A model generated the notes under the pieces. That model saw only the letters and a list, made by a program, of their open reading frames with translations, was not told the origin of the DNA and did no database searches. Of a stretch of DNA of 52,397 nucleotides, positions 8,855 to 17,864 are shown piece by piece. The stretch comes from a virus (taxonomy: Duplodnaviria; Heunggongvirae; Uroviricota; Caudoviricetes), in the IMG/VR virus record IMGVR_UViG_2690316086_000018; one strand, given 5' to 3'. Numbering within the stretch: position 1 is the stretch's first letter; each line of letters opens with the position of its first letter. The position numbers and the translations under genes were made by a program.

Positions 8855-9397
8855 ATGGATAAGCAGATGAAGAAGATTTTACTCGTTGCTGGCGCAGCTC
8901 TGGCACTGGCGGGATGTGGTGAGAAAGGTGATTTTGAGAAAGCGATCAATGCCAAGATTGGGCAGGACAAATACTGCTTCTCGCTGGATAACAATAACAC
9001 CAGCTTCCCCATCCGTCTTGCCAAGCCACGGCTTGATTCGACTGGCACAGGAACGAATTCAGTGATCCTCGATGGATTTGTTGAACAGGGAATGATGGTC
9101 TTTGAACAGGGCTATGACTCGAACGTCTTAGGGATAACAGAGGAAGGCAAAAAAGCCAAAGTCTGGAGCACACAAGATGGTGCCTGTGTTGGTCGTCGTG
9201 CCGTTGACGAAATTAAGGAATGGACGGAACCGGGTGAAGGTGGTCAGAAAGTTGTTCGCGTATCTTATACATGGAAGCTTACTGACGTTCCGAGCTGGAT
9301 TGACAAAAAAGTGTTCGCCAACGTTAAAGGGATGAATGAACCTGCTGATGGCGTAATGAATCTCTTTAAGACCAGTAATGGTTGGAAAGCTAACTAA
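8855..9397 (+). CDS. putative lipoprotein
   Basis: MKKILLVAGAALALAGCG signal peptide plus lipobox; track ORF starts at TTG 8843. Confidence 0.55.
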   Translation: MDKQMKKILLVAGAALALAGCGEKGDFEKAINAKIGQDKYCFSLDNNNTSFPIRLAKPRLDSTGTGTNSVILDGFVEQGMMVFEQGYDSNVLGITEEGKKAKVWSTQDGACVGRRAVDEIKEWTEPGEGGQKVVRVSYTWKLTDVPSWIDKKVFANVKGMNEPADGVMNLFKTSNGWKAN

Positions 9398-9826
9398 AAG
9401 GATACTGGATCGTTAAATGCCCCTGTTGCTTTGTAGAAGGTCAGAGCCGGGGCATGTTTGCACAGGTTGAATAACCACGGTTTTATATGATGTGTATCCG
9501 CAGTGGTATGTCATCATGATCAATTTATTGTTTTTTGGGCGGTCTTCTCTCATTGGGATGTCAACAGGAATGGCTGATGCTGCTATTAGCTTTCCGAGAA
9601 TTACTATCGTGGGATTTGTTTCTGGTAAAGCTATTTACTCTGATAATGTTGCGTTCAGGTGATTAATGTAGAATCATTTGTAATGACCCATGCTTTTTGT
9701 TACTAGCGTGGGTTTTTATAGATGTCCTTGTTTACAATCAGACTGTAAATAATATTATCTTTACATTTTGTTTGGTATGTGATAATGAATTTATTCCTGT
9801 CTTATGGTCATTGTTAAGGATTTTTT

Positions 9827-10795
9827 ATGAAGGATAGAATAAAAATAACAATCCCGTTCTCAGAAGAGAATAAAGCTTTCCTTGAGTTTGTTGATGCTTG
9901 GGATCAAATAATTCCAACATGCTATTTTGTCGATATATGTTGTGTTGGTAATATAAAAAATAGCGCTAAATATCTTCTCGAAGAAAATGTAGGTACGAAA
10001 AAATTTTATTTTATAAAATCATTAGAGAGAATAGACCTAAAGCATAACACAATTTCATATTTCCCAGCCTTGATGGAAAAAGTAAGTGATTTTTATAATG
10101 ATAAACCAATTCAGAGATTGAGAGAAGAAGCTAAAGAAGACCTTAATGCGCTGCGATGTTTTTTCAAAAATGTTAGAGTTATGGAGGATACTGATTTTAC
10201 TAACATGTATATTGAAGGTATGAAGTCTCATCACCCTGAAGTTGATGGTGAAAAATATCATCAATTTCTCTCCTTTATTAATGAAAGTGGAATAATCGAC
10301 CCTGTTTCTCCTGACGAAAGATTAGATTTTGTAAGGTTATTCTGTGAACAAGCAAATAGATTGACTCTTGATAAAAGAAGTGTTGTATTTGTTTCGTCTG
10401 TAGCTTGTATTTATGGATGTTTACCTGCAAGAAGATTAATGAAATTCAAACGAGATCCGACTAAATTCAATAGTAGTAACGTGTTGGCAGATTTGCAATC
10501 GGTAAGTCGAGTTGCTAGGTTGTCATCTGAAATCGAATGCACTGGAAGGTCTGCTTTCGCTAGATTCTCATATCTGACTGAGGATAATAACCTTAAAATA
10601 TTATCTGATTGTTTTTTTGTAAGGAATGTCGAGAGAGAAACTATACCAAATGGTATATCTAATAAACTAACTACAACCATAGATGGAAAAAGATTGTTTC
10701 CGGCTCTTTTCAATAGTGATGGTTATTTAATTAATGAGAAAGCAGAACAGGAGTTCAATGAACTATTAACGCTGTTAGGAGTCGATGTACCATAA
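9827..10795 (+). CDS. hypothetical protein, 322 aa
   Basis: AT-rich ORF with aagga RBS; convergent with AbiGi-like gene. Confidence 0.45.
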   Translation: MKDRIKITIPFSEENKAFLEFVDAWDQIIPTCYFVDICCVGNIKNSAKYLLEENVGTKKFYFIKSLERIDLKHNTISYFPALMEKVSDFYNDKPIQRLREEAKEDLNALRCFFKNVRVMEDTDFTNMYIEGMKSHHPEVDGEKYHQFLSFINESGIIDPVSPDERLDFVRLFCEQANRLTLDKRSVVFVSSVACIYGCLPARRLMKFKRDPTKFNSSNVLADLQSVSRVARLSSEIECTGRSAFARFSYLTEDNNLKILSDCFFVRNVERETIPNGISNKLTTTIDGKRLFPALFNSDGYLINEKAEQEFNELLTLLGVDVP

Positions 10796-10848
10796 ATTGA
10801 GAATGTGCTATATAAAAATAACTCTCTTAGCTGATTATGATATATTCT

Positions 10849-10886
10849 ATAGCCTTGTTTTATACTATGCCAAGGCTATATTTATT
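10849..10886. terminator. hairpin between convergent genes
   Basis: atagccttg ... caaggctat inverted repeat followed by A/T-rich run. Confidence 0.35.
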
Positions 10887-10891
10887 AATAA

Positions 10892-11656
10892 TTATAGATC
10901 ATCATTGTTCTGGGAAGAATAGAAAATTTTACTTATTAATTCGTTGCTGACCTCTAGGCCTTTCTTATCAAGATTTTTAATGAATGAACTTAATTGGCTT
11001 TTGTTTTTTAGTATTATATAGTTAATGTCATTTATCCCAAAATCAAGATGAATACTATTTATTTTATCATTATATTCATTCTTTTTTTCAGTGCTTTTTA
11101 TTTTACTGAGTAATGCTATTGGTATTATCCCCTCTTGGTGGGTAGGAACAAATCGCCACTCCATTTCATCTGCAAAACAATAGTCAATTTCTTTTTTGCC
11201 TTCTCTCGTTAGTGGTCCTGTATGATTCTTCATATAACGGAGTATATTTATCAAAGACTGATAATCATTATTTTTGGAATATTCATTCGCAATATCTTTA
11301 TCGTTCTTGAATTTTCTAATCTGCTGATCAAGTAAGGTGAATACATCCGAATATCTACTCATGTATAATACAGGGTTTAAATTGTTTTTTGAGGCCCAGT
11401 CGTCATTAAGACCAATTCCATAATGTCCATACTTCTTTGTATGTTCAGATAACAAAGATAGCCTGATATTACAAAAGGAAACCATTGGTATTCCAAAACG
11501 TCGAGCTACACCATCTTTATTATATATGGTCTCTCTGGCATATGAGGGCCGAAAATATCCATCAGTTAAAATTGATTCCAGCTTGGATTTTTTATCCGTA
11601 AAGTGTAAAAATGTTTTTGGATATAGACTTTTAGTCAATTTCATGAGCCTCGTCAA
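10892..11656 (-). CDS. possible AbiGi-like abortive-infection protein
   Basis: 254-aa ORF; N-terminal FLHFT...LESIL, IPMVSFCNI and YGHYGIGL motifs resemble the AbiGi family as I remember it; not verified by search. Confidence 0.4.
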   Translation of the reverse strand: MTRLMKLTKSLYPKTFLHFTDKKSKLESILTDGYFRPSYARETIYNKDGVARRFGIPMVSFCNIRLSLLSEHTKKYGHYGIGLNDDWASKNNLNPVLYMSRYSDVFTLLDQQIRKFKNDKDIANEYSKNNDYQSLINILRYMKNHTGPLTREGKKEIDYCFADEMEWRFVPTHQEGIIPIALLSKIKSTEKKNEYNDKINSIHLDFGINDINYIILKNKSQLSSFIKNLDKKGLEVSNELISKIFYSSQNNDDL

Positions 11657-11772
11657 TTAATAATATGAAATATTATATATCAAAATAGTTGCTAAAGGAA
11701 CTCATGACTTTGTTAATGATAATAACATCACTTTTCCCACAGGGTAATCATGGCATCCTTGTGCTTCCATAG

Positions 11773-12465
11773 TTATTTAAATCTTGAATTTGGCTGTTTT
11801 GATTTTTGTGATTGTTTACTACTATGTTCAAACAACATTAATGGTGTCACTTCTATATTGCTATCGGTAGAATTCTCTCCCTTACGAGGACGACTTGGGA
11901 AACGAACGGTCTTGTCATTATCTGATACGTTTCCACAGAAGTCTGCTTCTGATGATTTTTGGTCATTGTTAAATTTAGCTCGTTTTTCAAACTCTGAACG
12001 TGGAACATTGACACCCAACACTTCATCAAAGATATAGTTTTCTGCGATACGCTTATCATGATCAGCATCAGTGGTATCGGGCTTCCTTCTGGCCCATACG
12101 AATCTCTCTCTTATATATCCTACCACCAGTAGTGTGAAACGCTTAAACAAACTACTCTGACGCGGCTTAATCTGTTTCCTACTACTCATGGGAGCACGGT
12201 TCATCACTTTGGTGTTTTGAAGAGATGGGGTTTTCAATTTAGTGGATGCATTTGGTTCAGGAACAACCAGAACAGGGGATTTCTTCCCTGAAACATTTAC
12301 TTTACTGACCTTATTAGGATCACGGTAAGATTTTGCTGCTGGTCTTCTGCTTGTAGTTGCTGTTGCCACAATCGGCTGCTGTTCTTCTACTGTCGGGAAG
12401 TCAGGGATAACAATCTCTTCGGGTTCAGCAAGATGTGTAATCGTAAAGCTTCTGACATCAACCAC
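11773..12465 (-). CDS. hypothetical basic low-complexity protein (GTG start) just downstream of reconstructed mobA end
   Basis: 230-aa K/P/S/T-rich ORF; starts at GTG. Confidence 0.3.
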   Translation of the reverse strand: MVDVRSFTITHLAEPEEIVIPDFPTVEEQQPIVATATTSRRPAAKSYRDPNKVSKVNVSGKKSPVLVVPEPNASTKLKTPSLQNTKVMNRAPMSSRKQIKPRQSSLFKRFTLLVVGYIRERFVWARRKPDTTDADHDKRIAENYIFDEVLGVNVPRSEFEKRAKFNNDQKSSEADFCGNVSDNDKTVRFPSRPRKGENSTDSNIEVTPLMLFEHSSKQSQKSKQPNSRFK

Positions 12466-12515
12466 GATCTCAAGTGGTAGCTCACTGAATGTGGTGTATA
12501 TAGCGCGGCGATTTT

Positions 12516-12581
12516 TTTGATACCGATTTGCATTTCATTTGATACCGCTGAAAAACGCCGATACGCAACTTATTTGATACT
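12516..12581. repeat. prophage-end repeats, three direct copies of TTTGATAC(C/T) (putative transposase-binding sites, mom end)
   Basis: copies at 12516, 12538, 12573; same motif in inverted orientation at the other prophage end. Confidence 0.5.
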
Positions 12582-12626
12582 AAATCGGCGCTTTTCTTTT
12601 GAGTTTTAGAATGAGTTTTTAAGCGC

Positions 12627-13364
12627 TCATTCACTCTCTTTCAAACCAGTTTTAACTGTTTGTGGTTTTGGGTAAGGCTGGACTTTGAATAGCTTTGTGT
12701 TGAGGCGTTTTCTGGCCCTCTTGTTCAGAAACCGGATGTAACGAAACTGTCGGAACTTATGCACACTGGCTCTGTCGATATTAGCCCTCAGATGTTCACC
12801 TCGTTGTCCGCCTCGTTTAATGGCACTCCTGCAAATCTCGTGATACCACTCGCCATCAAGTTCATAGAATGTTGATTCATGGCTGCCTACATAATCAAAA
12901 TTGCTTGCCTGATACACGACACCAAGACAGCCACAACGCTCATCTGCAAACGACTGAACCCACTGTACCTGCGGATAAAGCTGCCTGATTAGCTTGAGCG
13001 CGTAACTGATTGCCCTTGATTCGGAGTTTCTCGGCATACAGTCATGCATCCATAGCCGGTTAAGCTCCATATATTCTCGGTTCTGCGTACCCGTTACGAC
13101 GCGTGCACCACTGTTTGGGTTAAGGGCGTAACCCCATTGCATTACGCCAACAAGTTCCCGTTCTGAAAATATACCCAGATGAAGGTAGGAATTATTTACG
13201 AAACGGTGGCTGTAATGTTTATTGACGATAACCAGTCTGGCCAGCCAGCAACTTATTGTCTCAACCCGCAACTCACGGGAGCCATAACCAACGATATTGT
13301 CGTTATAGCGAATAAGTTCAGGCGTGCTGATGATACGGGATGTGACTTGCTTTCTGTTCCCCAC
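12627..13364 (-). CDS. mom: Mom-like DNA modification protein
   Basis: 245-aa ORF overlapping the 3' end of a Com-like gene, last gene before prophage end, GATC cluster upstream: the Mu com-mom arrangement. Confidence 0.6.
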   Translation of the reverse strand: MGNRKQVTSRIISTPELIRYNDNIVGYGSRELRVETISCWLARLVIVNKHYSHRFVNNSYLHLGIFSERELVGVMQWGYALNPNSGARVVTGTQNREYMELNRLWMHDCMPRNSESRAISYALKLIRQLYPQVQWVQSFADERCGCLGVVYQASNFDYVGSHESTFYELDGEWYHEICRSAIKRGGQRGEHLRANIDRASVHKFRQFRYIRFLNKRARKRLNTKLFKVQPYPKPQTVKTGLKESE

Positions 13365-13518
13365 GACAGGATTTCCTTGTGTATGTGGGGTGCTCTGTGG
13401 CGCTCGGAGATGTGATTTGATTGAGGGTTTTACAGCGCGGACATTTTACTTCCAGATAACTGAAACTGGCCCGTGCCAGTAGCTTATTGCAGTGTCGGCA
13501 CCGTATGTTTCGATACAT
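13318..13518 (-). CDS. com: Com-like zinc-finger translational activator of mom
   Basis: [15 protein letters not shown]...EVKCPRCK...EHPT closely matches remembered Mu Com; start taken at internal ATG. Confidence 0.7.
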   Translation of the reverse strand: MYRNIRCRHCNKLLARASFSYLEVKCPRCKTLNQITSPSATEHPTYTRKSCRGEQKASHIPYHQHA

Positions 13519-13565
13519 GGCCGCATAACCTCCTGCTTTGTTGTTGATGCCTTTCTCATGCAATC

Positions 13566-13703
13566 GATCGACAAAAACGATCGATTCGATTTGTTTAATT
13601 GATACAACAAATAGATTTAAAAGTCATCAACAATGATTCAGGGCGGTGATTATTTACTTAAAGAAACGAAGAGTTAGGTGGTGAAAACGATCATAAAATG
13701 ATC
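13566..13703. promoter_or_regulatory. GATC cluster upstream of com-mom (probable Dam-dependent regulatory region)
   Basis: GATC at 13566, 13579, 13689, 13700 embedded in ATCGATCG-type motifs. Confidence 0.5.
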
Positions 13704-13924
13704 ATTTTATTGACTTTTTATACAGTGAAGGTAGGATCGCGCGTATATGTAGTATGTTTCAAATCAACAGGATACTACATAAAAGGGAAACCCAGCATAG
13801 CTGGAACTATGCTGGGTCAATCTGTAAAAACTTGCATCAATGCTTTACTTCGAGCTCGTGGCGTATCCTATGATATTCCCCGGTCTCCTGTAAAGCAGAG
13901 ATGCATAAAAAGGAGATCTTTATC

Positions 13925-14095
13925 ATGGATAAAGAGCCTGTTTGCCCTGCCTGTAAGACTCCCTTACAGCTCATCTATCGCCGTTCTCGATCTCAAAATG
14001 GCAAGACATACAAACCAAAAAATGCTTCCTGTTTCAGGATGCTGATATGTCCTGCCTGTTCTCCCCGGAGGGAAAATACACAAAACGTGCATTAA
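13925..14095 (+). CDS. small zinc-ribbon protein (CPAC...CPAC), possibly Ogr/Delta-like
   Basis: 56-aa ORF with strong aaaaggaga RBS; two CxxC pairs; divergent from com. Confidence 0.3.
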   Translation: MDKEPVCPACKTPLQLIYRRSRSQNGKTYKPKNASCFRMLICPACSPRRENTQNVH

Positions 14096-14133
14096 CAAAT
14101 TCACCCGGCAGGGAAACCTGCCGGTCGGTATTG

Positions 14134-14379
14134 TTACATCATAGTACCGTCAGTTCCGGGCTGAACCGGCTCTGGTTGCTCTACGGGTTGAGGCTCATTT
14201 TCCGTGCTGTTTTCAGCCGGAGAACGACCAACCATTCGGGCCAGCACTTCATCAACATATGCGTCGATTTGTGCCTCAAAATCCTTGCGAACCTGCGCCT
14301 TCAGCACGCGGTTCACTTCTTCAGAATAAAGTGCCTGTTTGACAAGCTCTTCAGTAACCGTGCCTTTAATCTCTGGCAT
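14134..14379 (-). CDS. hypothetical protein
   Basis: 81-aa ORF with aaggag RBS; acidic/Pro-rich C-terminus. Confidence 0.45.
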   Translation of the reverse strand: MPEIKGTVTEELVKQALYSEEVNRVLKAQVRKDFEAQIDAYVDEVLARMVGRSPAENSTENEPQPVEQPEPVQPGTDGTMM

Positions 14380-14414
14380 GAATATTCTCCTTTCCTTTTC
14401 TGGTTCACAAAAAA

Positions 14415-14594
14415 TTAAATCTGACCGGAGTCTTTCGGCTGCGGCATTACAGCACCGCTTTTTATCTTTTCCTCGGCAGCTGCATCAATTTTATTTCGAA
14501 AATAATTGCGAATAATTTTATAACCACCGCTGACAAGCAACAGACAACAAACCACCGTGCAGAAATACAGCAGGCAGACGTTTATATATGTCAT
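14415..14594 (-). CDS. small membrane protein, 59 aa (not in ORF track)
   Basis: hand translation MTYINVCLLYFCTVVCCLLLVSGGYKIIRNYF...; GAGG RBS; one N-terminal TM helix. Confidence 0.3.
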   Translation of the reverse strand: MTYINVCLLYFCTVVCCLLLVSGGYKIIRNYFRNKIDAAAEEKIKSGAVMPQPKDSGQI

Positions 14595-14651
14595 ATAAGC
14601 CTCACTCTTATTAACTGATGTTACAGCCGGATAAATTCCCGGCCGTCACGA

Positions 14652-16709
14652 TTATGCCGCAGGGGTATTAACCTCAAGGACAACGCTCTCAAAAGACACG
14701 CCATAAGTTGCCCCTTTGGTGACATCTGTCAGTGTCAGCGTATCTTTGGCAGGGGAAAGTGCATCTTTCACCATCTGGAATGCCTGGCCCGGAGTGCCAT
14801 CCAGCACAGGCGTTACCTGGGCACTTCCCGCCGTAAACTTCAGGACAAGTGTATGCCACTGGTTATTGTAGGCTCCAAATGATCCCAGTTTCGTATTCCC
14901 CCCTGTTTTATGGTGCATCAGATTTAACTGGCCGCCTGTTGTCTGGAGATAATACGCCATCAGGAACGGTGTGCCTGTACCACTCATGGTTACACCTTCC
15001 GGGACCGTATCGGTGTGGAGGTAAATACCCAGAGCAAACTGGCCTTCTTTTACTTCACCTGACAGACGGAATTTACAGGTCAACTGACCACCATGCTTCA
15101 GAAGTTCACCGGCTGCATCAGTTCCATGGGTAAGCGCCCAGGTTTTTCCGCTTTGTTTGGATACGGTCAACGCTTTACCTTCGTCCGTCAGCTGGATTGT
15201 ACCATCTGTAATTTTCCAGCCCTGAGCCGGGGCTTCTCCTGCTGATGCTTTAAGTGAAAGCAGCGTACGGAGTGACGGGGATGTCGGATGGGGGGACTCA
15301 CTGCCTCCTGGCTGACTACCTGTCGGCGCTTCCGGTTTCCCACCCGGCGCGGGCTGAGGCAGGGCTTCACCATCAGGGGCCACACCGGCAATAAATGCAG
15401 AGGTCAGACCTGCATATTTAAGAATTGCTGATGCAAAACGATCTGAGACCAGAAAACGGCGCGCCCAGGAGCTAAAATGGGTTGCCCTGGATGCTGTTGT
15501 CCAGTTGCCATCTCCCCGTGATTCCGCACCATAATACCCGGCAGAAGCGATATCCGGGTCGTGCTCCGGCAGGTTGGTCGCGGTTTTATTACCGAACTCA
15601 TCGTGCATCAGTGGAACAAAGTGAATGTTCTCGGAAGCCCGGTTTTTATATCCGCTATAAATGGTTTCATATGCCGCCGGGTTCTTCTCTTTCCAGTCAT
15701 AGGTTGTGTCACCACATAACCACGGCACACTGTCTGATGAACCACCAATACACTGACCGGAGAAAGCACCAAGATCCGCACGGAATTTTTTCACCATCGC
15801 AGTAAACTGGGCACCATGCTGGGCCGGGGTCGCTTTAAGGTCTCCTTCCCCCTGAATCCATACGACAGATAACAGCACATTCTTTGGATTCGCCTCAAGT
15901 GCCGCTTTAGTTCGACTGACAAGATCCTGATACAGTGGGGTATCCACTCCCCAGCGTAGTGACGCCTCGGCTGCACCACTTGCCGGATCGAATGAGCCAA
16001 CTGCGCCGGTTGTAAAAGCAGAGCCGCCACGGGCACAGGGAACCAGTAAAATCCCGGCATCAGCAGGAATCACCGGTAATACTTTTTTCGCAATATGAAG
16101 TCCCTGCCCCACACAACCATACTGCCCTTTTTTCAGGTCTGCTTTTGGATGGTTCAGCAGACTCATATTCTGAACATCATGAAGGCAGTGATCTGCTGGA
16201 ATGATTTCATTGTATTTGCAGGGAATACCTCCGGGGGTTTGTGTATTCCTGCGTGCCAGCTGCATAATACGTGGATCAGGACGATCATAAGAATCCGGAA
16301 GGGGCAACCCTTCACCATAAGATGAAGCATTGGACTGGCCGGCTATAACAATCACGTAATACCAGGAAGGGGAGCTGGAAGCCGTTTCATTTCCTGCCGG
16401 ACGGGTATGTGTTTCTGCATTATCCCAGTCTGACGGTTCAGTAGTACCGGCAACATCAGCACTTAACGGAATGACAGCACCAATACCCGCTCCGGTAATT
16501 TCCACGTTCGGATCACCGGATACTGGCCTTACCCACAGGCAATCCTGTGTATTAAAACTGATGAGACAGTCAGCAAATGTCATTCCTCCTTTCGTTTCAG
16601 CAGGAGGAAAGGGAGCCTCAAGAAATGCCGCTGTACCACCGGAAACTTTAACGGTAAAGTTTCCGGGCATTGATGATAGTTGAACCCATTTGGACGTCAT
16701 AATATTCAT
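14652..16709 (-). CDS. SGNH/SASA-type carbohydrate esterase-domain protein with C-terminal beta-sandwich-like domain (prophage cargo gene)
   Basis: 685-aa ORF with VIVIAGQSNASSYGEG (GQSN serine motif of sialate-O-acetylesterase-like SGNH hydrolases); lies between gin and com-mom. Confidence 0.6.
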   Translation of the reverse strand: MNIMTSKWVQLSSMPGNFTVKVSGGTAAFLEAPFPPAETKGGMTFADCLISFNTQDCLWVRPVSGDPNVEITGAGIGAVIPLSADVAGTTEPSDWDNAETHTRPAGNETASSSPSWYYVIVIAGQSNASSYGEGLPLPDSYDRPDPRIMQLARRNTQTPGGIPCKYNEIIPADHCLHDVQNMSLLNHPKADLKKGQYGCVGQGLHIAKKVLPVIPADAGILLVPCARGGSAFTTGAVGSFDPASGAAEASLRWGVDTPLYQDLVSRTKAALEANPKNVLLSVVWIQGEGDLKATPAQHGAQFTAMVKKFRADLGAFSGQCIGGSSDSVPWLCGDTTYDWKEKNPAAYETIYSGYKNRASENIHFVPLMHDEFGNKTATNLPEHDPDIASAGYYGAESRGDGNWTTASRATHFSSWARRFLVSDRFASAILKYAGLTSAFIAGVAPDGEALPQPAPGGKPEAPTGSQPGGSESPHPTSPSLRTLLSLKASAGEAPAQGWKITDGTIQLTDEGKALTVSKQSGKTWALTHGTDAAGELLKHGGQLTCKFRLSGEVKEGQFALGIYLHTDTVPEGVTMSGTGTPFLMAYYLQTTGGQLNLMHHKTGGNTKLGSFGAYNNQWHTLVLKFTAGSAQVTPVLDGTPGQAFQMVKDALSPAKDTLTLTDVTKGATYGVSFESVVLEVNTPAA

Positions 16710-16799
16710 CCTGTTCCTGAATAAACAGAATTATCATATCCACAGACCGATAAACGCCATTTTGCGTTAATTCAGTAAAGGCCCAACAAAGGGAGCGTC

Positions 16800-17360
16800 T
16801 TATTTTTCCGAAACGCTCGCAGGATAATAACGATAAAGGGTTGAAAGGCCGATATCAAAAATAAGTGCCACCTGTCTTCGACTGACACCCCCGGCCAGTA
16901 AACGCCCGACCTGCTCGTATTGTTCCTGCGTGAGACGACGGGGTCTGCCGCCGGTTCGTCCCCTTTCACGGGCAGCTGCAAGACCAGCCCGTGTCCGTTC
17001 GACAATTAATTCACGCTCCATTTCTGCCAGCGCACCCATTATGTGAAAAAAGAAGCGCCCCATGGGGGTTGACGTATCAATGTTGTCAGTAAGACTACGA
17101 AAATTTATCCCCTGTTGCTGTAATTCATCTGTCAGCGCAACAAGGTGGCGCATACTGCGCCCCAGCCTGTCCAGTTTCCAGACCATCAGTGTGTCACCGG
17201 GTTTTAGTTTCTTCAGTGCCCGCTTCAGTCCCGGCCGCTGTGTCGTTTTACCACTCATTTTGTCTTCAAAAATCTGCTCACATCCTGCACATTCCAGCGC
17301 ATTTCTTTGTAAACCGGTGTTCTGGTCATTTGTTGATACGCGTATATAGCCAATCAGCAT
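16800..17360 (-). CDS. gin: Gin-type serine DNA invertase
   Basis: MLIGYIRVSTNDQNTGLQRNAL...DRLGRSM...; near-identical in pattern to Mu Gin/Hin/Cin. Confidence 0.9.
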   Translation of the reverse strand: MLIGYIRVSTNDQNTGLQRNALECAGCEQIFEDKMSGKTTQRPGLKRALKKLKPGDTLMVWKLDRLGRSMRHLVALTDELQQQGINFRSLTDNIDTSTPMGRFFFHIMGALAEMERELIVERTRAGLAAARERGRTGGRPRRLTQEQYEQVGRLLAGGVSRRQVALIFDIGLSTLYRYYPASVSEK

Positions 17361-17414
17361 GTATTTACCTTCCTTAAAAAGAGGTGGAAAGGCCTTTTAA
17401 AGCAGATATACGGC

Positions 17415-17440
17415 ATCCCTGAAACCTCGGTTTACGGGAT
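17415..17440. other. gix-like invertase crossover site (left)
   Basis: ATCCCTGAAACCTCGGTTTACGGGAT; core AAACCTCGGTTTAC matches the Mu gix core. Confidence 0.7.
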
Positions 17441-17785
17441 ACTGTAAACAGGGCCGCGAATGCCCTGCCATCGAACGGAACGGCTGTTGCAGCGAATAAA
17501 CTCGCCACTCCAAGAAATATTAATGGTGTCCCATTTGACGGAACGCAGGATATAAATATTACATCGGGGATGACGCAGTCTGTGGCTGACTCACGTTATG
17601 TTCAAAGCATTCGAAGAGGTTCAAGGTCAACGATTGGAATGCAATATAATATTTTTGAAGTTCCTGACGGATGCGTACTTACAGGGCTTGATGTCGCTGG
17701 TGATGGTAATGCAACGGTAACCGCATATTATCGACCTGTTCAGTTTCTGATAGATGGTTCGTGGAAAACAGCTTCCAGCGCATAA
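17423..17785 (+). CDS. alternative tail-fibre C-terminal segment (promoterless in current orientation)
   Basis: in-frame translation from the gix site gives NLGLRDTVNRAANALPS...RPVQFLIDGSWKTASSA, homologous to residues ~176-303 of fibre 18421-19332. Confidence 0.6.
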   Translation, partial: NLGLRDTVNRAANALPSNGTAVAANKLATPRNINGVPFDGTQDINITSGMTQSVADSRYVQSIRRGSRSTIGMQYNIFEVPDGCVLTGLDVAGDGNATVTAYYRPVQFLIDGSWKTASSA

Positions 17786-17864
17786 AAGTGCAGTAGTTCA
17801 AAAAACAGATTATCTGAATAAATATATGATGATTTTGTCTTTTCAACAAAAACAAGGTGAAATA

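Noticed and set aside
11750-12037. 95-aa plus-strand ORF
   Set aside because: Antisense to the 11773-12465 ORF; Cys/Leu/Ser-rich with no start context.
13698-14045. 115-aa plus-strand ORF in the mom upstream region
   Set aside because: Overlaps the GATC regulatory region and the better-supported small zinc-ribbon ORF; no RBS.
17754-17864. Longer start for the tail-fibre assembly gene as in the ORF track
   Set aside because: It would overlap the end of the alternative fibre segment by 32 nt and lacks an RBS, whereas ATG 17865 has a good aaggtga RBS and yields a typical ~174-aa Tfa.
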